A stretch of 64,000 nt of DNA from Eledone cirrhosa (lineage: Eukaryota): assembly GCA_964016885.1 (NCBI GenBank), contig OZ024743.1, positions 271,560,001-271,624,000 of the forward strand, given 5' to 3'. The position numbers and the translations under genes were made by a program. Shown here piece by piece: positions 1 through 15,000 of this stretch (its first letter is position 1; each line of letters starts with the position of its first letter). Under the pieces are notes generated by a model, which did not search any database, was not told the origin of the DNA, and saw only the letters and a list, made by a program, of their open reading frames with translations.

Positions 1-3000
1 GAGTGGCAAGTATTAGTTCTGATATATAAAGGACTGTATTAACCCATGGATGAGTGTGAGTGTGGTAAGTATTAATTCTGATATATAAAGGACTGTATTA
101 ACCCATGGCTGAGTGTGAGAGTGGTAAGTATTAGTTCTGATATATAAAGGACTGTATTAACCCATGGCTGAGTGTGAGAGTGGTAAGTATTCGTTCTGAT
201 ATATAAAGGACTGTATTAACCCATGGCTGAGTGTGAGAGTGGTAAGTATTAGTCTTGATATATAAAGGACTGTATTAACCCATGGCTGGGTGTGAGAGCG
301 GTAAGTATTAGTCTTGATATATAAAGGACTGTATTAACCCATGGCTGAGTGTGAGAGTGGTAAGTATTAGTCTTGATATATAAAGGACTGTATTAACCCA
401 TGGCTGAGTGTGAAAGTGGTAATTATTAGTCTTGCTATATAAAGGACTGTATTAACCCATGGCTGAGTGTGAGAGTGGTATGTATTAGTTCTGATATATA
501 AAGGACTCTATTAACCCATGGCAGAGTGTGAGAGTGGTAAGTATTAGTTCTGATATATAAAGGACTGTATTAACCCATGGCTGGGTGTGAGAGTGGTAAG
601 TATTAATTCTGATATATAAAGGACTGTATTAACCCATGGTTGGCTGTGAGAGTGGTAAGTATTAGTTCTGATATATAAAGGACTGTATTAACCCATGGCT
701 GGGTGTGAGAGTGTTAACTATTAGTTCTGATATATAAAGGACTGTATTAACCCATGGCTGGGTGTGAGAGTGGTAAGTATTAGTTCTGATATATAAAGGA
801 CTGTATTAACCCATGGCTGAGTGTGAGAGTGGTAAGTATTAGTCTTGATATATAAAGGACTGTATTAACCAATGGCTTGGGTGTGAGAGTGGCAAGTATT
901 AGTTCTGATATATAAAGGACTGTATTAACCCATGGATGAGTGTGAGTGTGGTAAGTATTAATTCTGATATATAAAGGACTGTATTAACCAATGGCTGAGT
1001 GTGAGAGTGGTAAGTATTAGTTCTGATATATAAAGGACTGTATTAACCCATGGCTGAGTGTGTGAGTGGTAAGTATTAGTTCTGATATATAAAGGACTGT
1101 GTTAACCCATGGCTGAGTGTGAGAGTGGTAAGTATTAGTTCTGATATATAAAGGACTGTATTAACCCATGGCTGAGTGTGAGAGTGGTAAGTAATAGTCT
1201 TGATATATAAAGGACTGTATTAACCAATGGCTGGGTGTGAGAGTGGTAAGTATTAGTCTTGATATATAAAGGACTGTATTAACCAATGGCTGGGTGTGAG
1301 AGTGGTAAGTATTAGTCTTGATATATAAAGGACTGTATTAACCCAAGGCTGAGTGTGAGAGTGGTAAGTATTAGTTCTGATATATAAAGGACTGTATTAA
1401 CCCATGGATGAGTGTGAGAGTGGTAAGTATTAGTTCTGATACATAAAGGACTGTATTAACCCATGGCTGAGTGTGAGAGTGGTAAGTATTAGTCTTGATA
1501 TATAAAGGACTGTATTAACCCATGGCTGAGTGTGAGAGTGGTAAGTATTATTCTTGATATATAAAGGACTGTATTAACCCATGGCTGAGTGTGAGAGTGG
1601 TAAGTATTAGTCTTGATATATAAAGGACTGTATTAACCAATGGCTGGGTGTGAGAGTGGTAAGTATTAGTTCTGATATATAAAGGACTGTATTAACCCAT
1701 GGCTGGGTGTGAGAGTGGTAAGTATTAGTTCTGATATATAAAGGACTGTATTAACCCATGGCTGGGTCTGAGAGTGGTAAGTATTAGTCTTGATATATAA
1801 AGGACTGTATTAACCCATGGCTGAGTGTAAGAGTGGTAAGTATTAGTCTTGATATATAAAGGACTGTATTAACCCATGGCTGAGTGTGAGAGTGGTAAGC
1901 ATTAGTCTTGATATATAAAGGACTGTATTAACCCATGGCTGAGTGTTAAAGTGGTAAGTATTAGTCTTGATATATAAAGGACTGTATTAACCCATGGCTG
2001 AGTGTGAGAGTGGTAAGTATTAGTTCTGATATATAAAGGACTGTATTAACCCATGGCAGAGTGTGAGAGTGGTAAGTATTAGTTCTGATATATAAAGGAC
2101 TGTATTAACCCATGGCTGGGTGTGAGAGTGGTAAGTATTAATTCTGATATATAAAGGACTGTATTAACCCATGGTTGGCTGTGAGAGTGGTAAGTATTAG
2201 TTCTGATATATAAAGGACTGTATTAACCCATGGCTGGGTGTGAGAGTGTTAACTATTAGTTCTGATATATAAAGGACTGTATTAACCCATGGCTGGGTGT
2301 GAGAGTGGTAAGTATTAGTTCTGATATATAAAGGACTGTATTAACCCATGGCTGAGTGTGAGAGTGGTAAGTATTAGTCTTGATATATAAAGGACTGTAT
2401 TAACCAATGGCTTGGGTGTGAGAGTGGCAAGTATTAGTTCTGATATATAAAGGACTGTATTAACCCATGGATGAGTGTGAGTGTGGTAAGTATTAATTCT
2501 GATATATAAAGGACTGTATTAACCCATGGCTGAGTGTGAGAGTGGTAAGTATTAGTTCTGATATATAAAGGACTGTATTAACCCATGGCTGAGTGTGTGA
2601 GTGGTAAGTATTAGTTCTGATATATAAAGGACTGTGTTAACCCATGGCTGAGTGTGAGAGTGGTAAGTATTAGTTCTGATATATAAAGGACTGTATTAAC
2701 CCATGGCTGAGTGTGAGAGTGGTAAGTAATAGTCTTGATATATAAAGGACTGTATTAACCAATGGCTGGGTGTGAGAGTGGTAAGTATTAGTCTTGATAT
2801 ATAAAGGACTGTATTAACCAATGGCTGGGTGTGAGAGTGGTAAGTATTAGTCTTGATATATAAAGGACTGTATTAACCCAAGGCTGAGTGTGAGAGTGGT
2901 AAGTATTAGTTCTGATATATAAAGGACTGTATTAACCCATGGATGAGTGTGAGAGTGGTAAGTATTAGTTCTGATACATAAAGGACTGTATTAACCCATG

Positions 3001-6000
3001 GCTGAGTGTGAGAGTGGTAAGTATTAGTCTTGATATATAAAGGACTGTATTAACCCATGGCTGAGTGTGAGAGTGGTAAGTATTATTCTTGATATATAAA
3101 GGACTGTATTAACCCATGGCTGAGTGTGAGAGTGGTAAGTATTAGTCTTGATATATAAAGGACAGTATTAACCAATGGCTGGGTGTGAGAGTGGTAAGTA
3201 TTAGTTCTGATATATAAAGGACTGTATTAACCCATGGCTGGGTGTGAGAGTGGTAAGTATTAGTTCTGATATATAAAGGACTGTATTAACCCATGGCTGG
3301 GTCTGAGAGTGGTAAGTATTAGTCTTGATATATAAAGGACTGTATTAACCCATGGCTGAGTGTAAGAGTGGTAAGTATTAGTCTTGATATATAAAGGACT
3401 GTATTAACCCATGGCTGAGTGTGAGAGTGGTAAGCATTAGTCTTGATATATAAAGGACTGTATTAACCCATGGCTGAGTGTTAAAGTGGTAAGTATTAGT
3501 CTTGATATATAAAGGACTGTATTAACCCATGGCTGAGTGTGAGAGTGGTAAGTATTAGTTCTGATATATAAAGGACTGTATTAACCCATGGCTGGGTGTG
3601 AGAGTGGTAAGTATTAGTTCTGATATATAAAGGACTGTATTAACCCATGGCTGGGTGTGAGAGTGGTAAGTATTAGTCTTGATATATAAAGGACTGTATT
3701 AACCAATGGCTGGGTGTGAGAGTGGTAATTATTAGTCTTGATATATAAAGGACTGTATTAACCCATGGCTGAGTGTGAGAGTGGTAAGTATTAGTTCTGA
3801 TATATAAAGGACTGTATTAACCAATGGCTGGGTGTGAGAGTGGTAAGTATTAGTTCTGATATATAAAGGACTGTATTAACCCATGGATGGGTGTGAGAGT
3901 GGTAAGTATTAGTCTTGATATATAAAGGACTGTATTAACCCATGGCTGGGTGTGAGAGCGGTAAGTATTAGTCTTGATATATAAAGGACTGTATTAACCC
4001 ATGGCTGAGTGTGAGAGTGGTAAGTATTAGTCTTGATATATAAAGGACTGTATTAACCCATGGCTGAGTGTGAAAGTGGTAATTATTAGTCTTGCTATAT
4101 AAAGGACTGTATTAACCCATGGCTGAGTGTGAGAGTGGTATGTATTAGTTCTGATATATAAAGGACTCTATTAACCCATGGCAGAGTGTGAGAGTGGTAA
4201 GTATTAGTTCTGATATATAAAGGACTGTATTAACCCATGGCTGGGTGTGAGAGTGGTAAGTATTAGTTCTGATATATAAAGGACTGTATTAACCCATGGT
4301 TGGGTGTGAGAGTGGTAAGTATTAGTTCTGATATATAAAGGACTGTATTAACCCATGGCTGGGTGTGAGAGTGGTAAGTATTAGTTCTGATATATAAAGG
4401 ACTGTATTAACCCATGGATGGGTGTGAGAGTGGTAAGTATTAGTCTTGATATATAAAGGACTGTATTAACCCATGGCTGAGTGTGAGAGTGGTAAGTATT
4501 AGTCTTGATATATAAAGGACTGTATTAACCCATGGCTGAGTGTGAGAGTGGTAAGTATTAGTTCTGATATATAAAGAACTGTATTAACCCATGGCTGAGT
4601 GTGAGAGTCGTAAGTATTAGTCTTGATATATAAAGGACTGTATTAACCAATGGCTTAGGTGTGAGAGTGGTAAGTATTAGTTCTGATATATAAAGGACTG
4701 TATTAACCCATTGCTGAGTGTGAGTGTGGTAAGTATTAGTCTTGATATATAAAGGACTGTATTAACCCATGGTTGAGTGTGAGAGTGGTAAGTATTAATT
4801 CTGATATATAAAGGACTGTATTAACCCATGGCTGAGTGTGAGAGTGGTAAGTATTAGTTCTGATATATAAAGAACTGTATTAACCCATGGCTGAGTGTGA
4901 GAGTGGTAAGTATTAGTTCTGATATATAAAGGACTGTATTAACCCATGGCTGAGTGTGTGAGTGGTAAGTATTAGTTCTGATATATAAAGGACTGTGTTA
5001 ACCCATGGCTGAGTGTGAGCGTGGTAAGTATTAGTTCTGATAAATAAAGGACTGTATTAACCCATGGCTGAGTGTGAGAGTGGTAAGTATTAGTCTTGAT
5101 ATATAAAGGACTGTATTAACCCATGGCTGAGTGTGAGAGTGGTAAGTATTATTCTTGATATATAAAGGACTGTATTAACCCATGGCTGAGTGTGAGAGTG
5201 GTAAGTATTAGTCTTGATATATAAAGGACTGTATTAACCAATGGCTGGGTGTGAGAGTGGTAAGTATTAGTTCTGATATATAAAGGAGTGTAATATCCCA
5301 TGGCTGGGTGTGAGAGTGGTAAGTATTAGTTCTGATATATAAAGGACTGTATTAACCCATGGCTGGGTCTGAGAGTGGTAAGTATTAGTCTTGATATATA
5401 AAGGACTGTATTAACCCATGGCTGAGTGTGAGAGTGGTAAGTATTAGTCTTGATATATAAAGGACTGTATTAACCCATGGCTGAGTGTGAGAGTGGTAAG
5501 CATTAGTCTTGATATATAAAGGACTGTATTAACCCATGGCTGAGTGTTAAAGTGGTAAGTATTAGTCTTGATATATAAAGGACTGTATTAACCCATGGCT
5601 GAGTGTGAGAGTGGTAAGTATTAGTTCTGATATATAAAGGACTGTATTAACCCATGGCTGGGTGTGAGAGTGGTAAGTATTAGTCTTGATATATAAAGGA
5701 CTGTATTAACCAATGGCTGGGTGTGAGAGTGGTAAGTATTAGTCTTGATATATAAAGGACTGTATTAACCCATGGCTGAGTGTGAGAGTGGTAAGTATTA
5801 GTCTTGATATATAAAGGACTGTATCAACCCATGGCTGGGTGTGAGAGTGGTAAGTATTAGTCTTGATATATAAAGGACTGTATTAACCCATGGCTGAGTG
5901 TAGGAGTGGTAAGTATTATTCTTGATATATAAAGGATTGTATTAACCCATGGCTGGGTGTGAGAGTGGTAAGTATTAGTTCTGATATATAAAGGACTGTA

Positions 6001-9000
6001 TTAACCCATGGCTGTGTGTGAGAGTGATAAGTATTAGTCTTGATATATAAAGGACTGTATTAACCCATGGCTGAGTGTGAGAGTGGTAAGTATTAGTTCT
6101 AATATATAAAGGACTGTATTAACCCACGAGTGTGAGAGTGGTAAGTATTAGTTCTGATATATAAAGGACTGTATTAACTCATGGCTGAGTGTGAGAGTGG
6201 TAAGTATTAGTTCTGATATATAAAGGACTGTATTAACCCATGGCTGAGTGTGAGAGTGGTAAGTATTGGTTCTGATATATAAAGGACTGTATTAACCCAT
6301 GGCAGAGTGTGAGAGTGGTAAGTATTAGTCTTGATATATAAAGGAGTGTATTAACCAATGGCTGGGTGTGAGAGTGGTAAGTATTAGTCTTGATATATAA
6401 AGGACTGTATTAACCCATGGCTGAGTGTAGGAGTGGTAAGTATTATTCTTGATATATAAAGGATTGTATTAACCCATGGCTGGGTGTGAGAGTGGTAAGT
6501 ATTAGTCTTGATATATAAAGGACTGTATTAACCCATGGCTGAGTGTAGGAGTGGTAAGTATTATTCTTGATATATAAAGGACTGTATTAACCCATGGCCG
6601 GGTGTGAGAGTGGTAAGTATTAGTTCTGATATATAAAGGACTGTATTAACCCATGGCTGTGTGTGAGAGTGATAAGTGTTAGTCTTGATATATAAAGGAC
6701 TGTATTAACCCATGGCTGAGTGTGAGAGTGGTAAGTATTAGTTCTGATATATAAAGGACTGTATTAACCCACGAGTGTGAGAGTGGTAAGTATTAGTTCT
6801 GATATATAAAGGACTGTATTAACTCATGGCTGAGTGTGAGAGTGGTAAGTATTAGTTCTGATATATAAAGGACTGTATTAACCCATGGCTGAGTGTGAGA
6901 GTGGTAAGTATTGGTTCTGATATATAAAGGACTGTATTAACCCATGGCAGAGTGTGAGAGTGGTAAGTATTAGTTCTGATATATAAAGGACTGCATTAAC
7001 CCATGGCTGGGTGTGAGAGTGGTAAGTATTAGTCTTGATATATATAGGACTGTATTAACCCATGGCTGAGTGTGAGAGTGGTAAGTATTAGTATTGATAT
7101 ATAAAGGAGTGTATTAACCAATGGCTGAGTGTGAGAGTGGTAAGTATTAGTCTTGATATATAAAGGACTGTATTAACCCATGGCTGAGTGTGAGAGTGGT
7201 AAGTATTAGTCTTGATATATAAAGGACTGTATTAACCCATGGCTGAGTGTGAGAGTGGTAAGTATTAGTTCTGATATATAAAGGACTGTATTAACCAATG
7301 GCTGAGTGTGAGAGTGGTAAGTATTAGTCTTGATATATAAAGGACTGTATTAACCCATGGCTGTGTGTGAGAGCGGTAAGTATTAGTCTTGATATATAAA
7401 GGACTGTATTAACCCATGGCTGAGTGTGAGAGTGGTAAGTATTAGTCTTGATATATAAAGGACTGTATTAACCCATGGCTGAGTGTGAAAGTGGTTATTA
7501 TTAGTCTTGATATATAAAGGACTGTATTAACCCATGGCTGAGTGTGAGAGTGGTAAGTATTAGTTCTGATATATAAAGGACTGTATTAACCCATGGCTGA
7601 GTGTGAGAGAGGTAAGTATTAGTCTTGATATATAAAGGACTGTATTAACCCATGGCTGAGTGTGAGAGTGGTAAGCATTAGTCTTGATATATAAAGGACT
7701 GTATTAACCCATGGCTGAGTGTTAAAGTGGTAAGTATTAGTCTTGATATATAAAGGACTGTATTAACCCATGGCTGAGTGTGAGAGTGGTAAGTATTAGT
7801 TCTGATATATAAAGGACTGTATTAACCCATGGCTGAGTGTGAGAGTGGTAAGTATTAGTCTTGATATATAAAGGACAGTATTAACCAATGGCTGGGTGTG
7901 AGAGTGGTAAGTATTAGTTCTGATATATAAAGGACTGTATTAACCCATGGCTGGGTGTGAGAGTGGTAAGTATTAGTTCTGATATATAAAGGACTGTATT
8001 AACCCATGGCTGGGTCTGAGAGTGGTAAGTATTAGTCTTGATATATAAAGGACTGTATTAACCCATGGCTGAGTGTAAGAGTGGTAAGTATTAGTCTTGA
8101 TATATAAAGGACTGTATTAACCCATGGCTGAGTGTGAGAGTGGTAAGCATTAGTCTTGATATATAAAGGACTGTATTAACCCATGGCTGAGTGTTAAAGT
8201 GGTAAGTATTAGTCTTGATATATAAAGGACTGTATTAACCCATGGCTGAGTGTGAGAGTGGTAAGTATTAGTTCTGATATATAAAGGACTGTATTAACCC
8301 ATGGCTGGGTGTGAGAGTGGTAAGTATTAGTTCTGATATATAAAGGACTGTATTAACCCATGGCTGGGTGTGAGAGTGGTAAGTATTAGTCTTGATATAT
8401 AAAGGACTGTATTAACCAATGGCTGGGTGTGAGAGTGGTAATTATTAGTCTTGATATATAAAGGACTGTATTAACCCATGGCTGAGTGTGAGAGTGGTAA
8501 GTATTAGTTCTGATATATAAAGGACTGTATTAACCAATGGCTGGGTGTGAGAGTGGTAAGTATTAGTTCTGATATATAAAGGACTGTATTAACCCATGGA
8601 TGGGTGTGAGAGTGGTAAGTATTAGTCTTGATATATAAAGGACTGTATTAACCCATGGCTGGGTGTGAGAGCGGTAAGTATTAGTCTTGATATATAAAGG
8701 ACTGTATTAACCCATGGCTGAGTGTGAGAGTGGTAAGTATTAGTCTTGATATATAAAGGACTGTATTAACCCATGGCTGAGTGTGAAAGTGGTAATTATT
8801 AGTCTTGCTATATAAAGGACTGTATTAACCCATGGCTGAGTGTGAGAGTGGTATGTATTAGTTCTGATATATAAAGGACTCTATTAACCCATGGCAGAGT
8901 GTGAGAGTGGTAAGTATTAGTTCTGATATATAAAGGACTGTATTAACCCATGGCTGGGTGTGAGAGTGGTAAGTATTAGTTCTGATATATAAAGGACTGT

Positions 9001-12000
9001 ATTAACCCATGGTTGGGTGTGAGAGTGGTAAGTATTAGTTCTGATATATAAAGGACTGTATTAACCCATGGCTGGGTGTGAGAGTGGTAAGTATTAGTTC
9101 TGATATATAAAGGACTGTATTAACCCATGGATGGGTGTGAGAGTGGTAAGTATTAGTCTTGATATATAAAGGACTGTATTAACCCATGGCTGAGTGTGAG
9201 AGTGGTAAGTATTAGTCTTGATATATAAAGGACTGTATTAACCCATGGCTGAGTGTGAGAGTGGTAAGTATTAGTTCTGATATATAAAGAACTGTATTAA
9301 CCCATGGCTGAGTGTGAGAGTCGTAAGTATTAGTCTTGATATATAAAGGACTGTATTAACCAATGGCTTAGGTGTGAGAGTGGTAAGTATTAGTTCTGAT
9401 ATATAAAGGACTGTATTAACCCATTGCTGAGTGTGAGTGTGGTAAGTATTAGTCTTGATATATAAAGGACTGTATTAACCCATGGTTGAGTGTGAGAGTG
9501 GTAAGTATTAATTCTGATATATAAAGGACTGTATTAACCCATGGCTGAGTGTGAGAGTGGTAAGTATTAGTTCTGATATATAAAGAACTGTATTAACCCA
9601 TGGCTGAGTGTGAGAGTGGTAAGTATTAGTTCTGATATATAAAGGACTGTATTAACCCATGGCTGAGTGTGTGAGTGGTAAGTATTAGTTCTGATATATA
9701 AAGGACTGTGTTAACCCATGGCTGAGTGTGAGCGTGGTAAGTATTAGTTCTGATAAATAAAGGACTGTATTAACCCATGGCTGAGTGTGAGAGTGGTAAG
9801 TATTAGTCTTGATATATAAAGGACTGTATTAACCCATGGCTGAGTGTGAGAGTGGTAAGTATTATTCTTGATATATAAAGGACTGTATTAACCCATGGCT
9901 GAGTGTGAGAGTGGTAAGTATTAGTCTTGATATATAAAGGACTGTATTAACCAATGGCTGGGTGTGAGAGTGGTAAGTATTAGTTCTGATATATAAAGGA
10001 GTGTAATAACCCATGGCTGGGTGTGAGAGTGGTAAGTATTAGTTCTGATATATAAAGGACTGTATTAACCCATGGCTGGGTCTGAGAGTGGTAAGTATTA
10101 GTCTTGATATATAAAGGACTGTATTAACCCATGGCTGAGTGTGAGAGTGGTAAGTATTAGTCTTGATATATAAAGGACTGTATTAACCCATGGCTGAGTG
10201 TGAGAGTGGTAAGCATTAGTCTTGATATATAAAGGACTGTATTAACCCATGGCTGAGTGTTAAAGTGGTAAGTATTAGTCTTGATATATAAAGGACTGTA
10301 TTAACCCATGGCTGAGTGTGAGAGTGGTAAGTATTAGTTCTGATATATAAAGGACTGTATTAACCCATGGCTGGGTGTGAGAGTGGTAAGTATTAGTCTT
10401 GATATATAAAGGACTGTATTAACCAATGGCTGGGTGTGAGAGTGGTAAGTATTAGTCTTGATATATAAAGGACTGTATTAACCCATGGCTGAGTGTGAGA
10501 GTGGTAAGTATTAGTCTTGATATATAAAGGACTGTATCAACCCATGGCTGGGTGTGAGAGTGGTAAGTATTAGTCTTGATATATAAAGGACTGTATTAAC
10601 CCATGGCTGAGTGTAGGAGTGGTAAGTATTATTCTTGATATATAAAGGATTGTATTAACCCATGGCTGGGTGTGAGAGTGGTAAGTATTAGTTCTGATAT
10701 ATAAAGGACTGTATTAACCCATGGCTGTGTGTGAGAGTGATAAGTATTAGTCTTGATATATAAAGGACTGTATTAACCCATGGCTGAGTGTGAGAGTGGT
10801 AAGTATTAGTTCTAATATATAAAGGACTGTATTAACCCACGAGTGTGAGAGTGGTAAGTATTAGTTCTGATATATAAAGGACTGTATTAACTCATGGCTG
10901 AGTGTGAGAGTGGTAAGTATTAGTTCTGATATATAAAGGACTGTATTAACCCATGGCTGAGTGTGAGAGTGGTAAGTATTGGTTCTGATATATAAAGGAC
11001 TGTATTAACCCATGGCAGAGTGTGAGAGTGGTAAGTATTAGTCTTGATATATAAAGGAGTGTATTAACCAATGGCTGGGTGTGAGAGTGGTAAGTATTAG
11101 TCTTGATATATAAAGGACTGTATTAACCCATGGCTGAGTGTAGGAGTGGTAAGTATTATTCTTGATATATAAAGGATTGTATTAACCCATGGCTGGGTGT
11201 GAGAGTGGTAAGTATTAGTCTTGATATATAAAGGACTGTATTAACCCATGGCTGAGTGTAGGAGTGGTAAGTATTATTCTTGATATATAAAGGACTGTAT
11301 TAACCCATGGCCGGGTGTGAGAGTGGTAAGTATTAGTTCTGATATATAAAGGACTGTATTAACCCATGGCTGTGTGTGAGAGTGATAAGTGTTAGTCTTG
11401 ATATATAAAGGACTGTATTAACCCATGGCTGAGTGTGAGAGTGGTAAGTATTAGTTCTGATATATAAAGGACTGTATTAACCCACGAGTGTGAGAGTGGT
11501 AAGTATTAGTTCTGATATATAAAGGACTGTATTAACTCATGGCTGAGTGTGAGAGTGGTAAGTATTAGTTCTGATATATAAAGGACTGTATTAACCCATG
11601 GCTGAGTGTGAGAGTGGTAAGTATTGGTTCTGATATATAAAGGACTGTATTAACCCATGGCAGAGTGTGAGAGTGGTAAGTATTAGTTCTGATATATAAA
11701 GGACTGCATTAACCCATGGCTGGGTGTGAGAGTGGTAAGTATTAGTCTTGATATATATAGGACTGTATTAACCCATGGCTGAGTGTGAGAGTGGTAAGTA
11801 TTAGTATTGATATATAAAGGAGTGTATTAACCAATGGCTGAGTGTGAGAGTGGTAAGTATTAGTCTTGATATATAAAGGACTGTATTAACCCATGGCTGA
11901 GTGTGAGAGTGGTAAGTATTAGTCTTGATATATAAAGGACTGTATTAACCCATGGCTGAGTGTGAGAGTGGTAAGTATTAGTTCTGATATATAAAGGACT

Positions 12001-15000
12001 GTATTAACCAATGGCTGAGTGTGAGAGTGGTAAGTATTAGTCTTGATATATAAAGGACTGTATTAACCCATGGCTGTGTGTGAGAGCGGTAAGTATTAGT
12101 CTTGATATATAAAGGACTGTATTAACCCATGGCTGAGTGTGAGAGTGGTAAGTATTAGTCTTGATATATAAAGGACTGTATTAACCCATGGCTGAGTGTG
12201 AAAGTGGTTATTATTAGTCTTGATATATAAAGGACTGTATTAACCCATGGCTGAGTGTGAGAGTGGTAAGTATTAGTTCTGATATATAAAGGACTGTATT
12301 AACCCATGGCTGAGTGTGAGAGAGGTAAGTATTAGTCTTGATATATAAAGGACTGTATTAACCCATGGCTGAGTGTGAGAGTGGTAAGCATTAGTCTTGA
12401 TATATAAAGGACTGTATTAACCCATGGCTGAGTGTTAAAGTGGTAAGTATTAGTCTTGATATATAAAGGACTGTATTAACCCATGGCTGAGTGTGAGAGT
12501 GGTAAGTATTAGTTCTGATATATAAAGGACTGTATTAACCCATGGCTGGGTGTGAGAGTGGTAAGTATTAGTCTTGATATATAAAGGACTGTATTAACCA
12601 ATGGCTGGGTGTGAGAGTGGTAAGTATTAGTCTTGATATATAAAGGACTGTATTAACCCATGGCTGAGTGTGAGAGTGGTAAGTATTAGTTCTGATATAT
12701 AAAGGACTGTATTAACCAATGGCTGGGTGTGAGAGTGGTAAGTATTAGTTCTGATATATAAAGGACTGTATTAACCCATGGATGGGTGTGAGAGTGGTAA
12801 GTATTAGTCTTGATATATAAAGGACTGTATTAACCCATGGCTGGGTGTGAGAGTGGTAAGTATTAGTCTTGATATATAAAGGACTGTATTAACCCATGTC
12901 TGAGTGTGAGAGTGGTAAGTATTAGTTCTGATATATAAAGGACTCTATTAACCCATGGCTGAGTGTGAGAGTGGTAAGTATTAGTCTTGATATATAAAGG
13001 ACTGTATTAACCAATGGCTTGGGTGTGAGAGTGGCAAGTATTAGTTCTGATATATAAAGGACTGTATTAACCCATGGCTGAGTGTGAGTGTGGTAAGTAT
13101 TAATTCTGATATATAAAGGATTGTATTAACCCATGGCTGAGTGTGAGAGTGGTAAGTATTAGTTCTGATATATAAAGGACTGTATTAACCCATGGCTGAG
13201 TGTGAGAGTGGTAAGTATTAGTTCTGATATATAAAGGACTGTATTAACCCATGGCTGAGTGTGTGAGTGGTAAGTATTAGTTCTGATATATAAAGGACTG
13301 TGTTAACCCATGGCTGAGTGTGAGAGTGGTAAGTATTAGTCTTGATATATAAAGGACTGTATTAACCCATGGCTGAGTGTGAGAGTGGTAAGCATTAGTC
13401 TTGATATATAAAGGACTGTATTAACCCATGGCTGAGTGTTAAAGTGGTAAGTATTAGTCTTGATATATAAAGGACTGTATTAACCCATGGCTGAGTGTGA
13501 GAGTGGTAAGTATTAGTTCTGATATATAAAGGACTGTATTAACCCATGGCTGGGTGTGAGAGTGGTAAGTATTAGTCTTGATATATAAAGGACTGTATTA
13601 ACCAATGGCTGGGTGTGAGAGTGGTAAGTATTAGTCTTGATATATAAAGGACTGTATTAACCCACGGCTGAGTGTGAGAGTGGTAAGTATTAGTTCTGAT
13701 ATATAAAGGACTGTATTAACCAATGGCTGGGTGTGAGAGTGGTAAGTATTAGTTCTGATATATAAAGGACTGTATTAACCCATGGATGGGTGTGAGAGTG
13801 GTAAGTATTAGTCTTGATATATAAAGGACTGTATTAACCCATGGCTGGGTGTGAGAGCGGTAAGTATTAGTCTTGATATATAAAGGACTGTATTAACCCA
13901 TGGCTGAGTGTGAGAGTGGTAAGTATTAGTCTTGATATATAAAGGACTGTATTAACCCATGGCTGAGTGTGAAAGTGGTAATTATTAGTCTTGCTATATA
14001 AAGGACTGTATTAACCCATGGCTGAGTGTGAGAGTGGTATGTATTAGTTCTGATATATAAAGGACTCTATTAACCCATGGCAGAGTGTGAGAGTGGTAAG
14101 TATTAGTTCTGATATATAAAGGACTGTATTAACCCATGGCTGGGTGTGAGAGTGGTAAGTATTAGTTCTGATATATAAAGGACTGTATTAACCCATGGTT
14201 GGGTGTGAGAGTGGTAAGTATTAGTCTTGATATATAAAGGACTGTATTAACCCATGGCTGAGTGTGAGAGTGGTAAGTATTAGTTCTGATATATAAAGGA
14301 CTGTATTAACCCATGGCTGAGTGTGAGAGTGGTAAGTATTAGTCTTGATATATAAAGGACTGTATTAACCAATGGCTTGGGTATGAGAGTGGTAAGTATT
14401 AGTTCTGATATATAAAGGACTGTATTAACCCATTGCTGAGTGTGAGTGTGGTAAGTATTAGTCTTGATATATAAAGGACTGTATTAACCCATGGTTGAGT
14501 GTGAGAGTGGTAAGTATTAATTCTGATATATAAAGGACTGTATTAACCCATGGCTGAGTGTGAGAGTGGTAAGTATTAGTTCTGATATATAAAGGACTGT
14601 ATTAACCCATGGCTGAGTGTGAGAGTGGTAAGTATTAGTTCTGATATATAAAGGACTGTATTAACCCATGGTAGAGTGTGTGAGTGGTAAGTATTAGTTC
14701 TGATATATAAAGGACTGTGTTAACCCATGGCTGAGTGTGAGAGTGGTAAGTATTAGTTCTGATATATAAAGGACTGTATTAACCCATGGATGAGTGTGAG
14801 AGTGGTAAGTAATAGTCTTGATATATAAAGGACTGTATTAACCAATGGCTGGGTGTGAGAGTGGTAAGTATTAGTCTTGATATATAAAGGACTGTATTAA
14901 CCAATGGCTGGGTGTGAGAGTGGTAAGTATTAGTCTTGATATATAAAGGACTGTATTAACCCAAGGCTGAGTGTGAGAGTGGTAAGTATTAGTTCTGATA

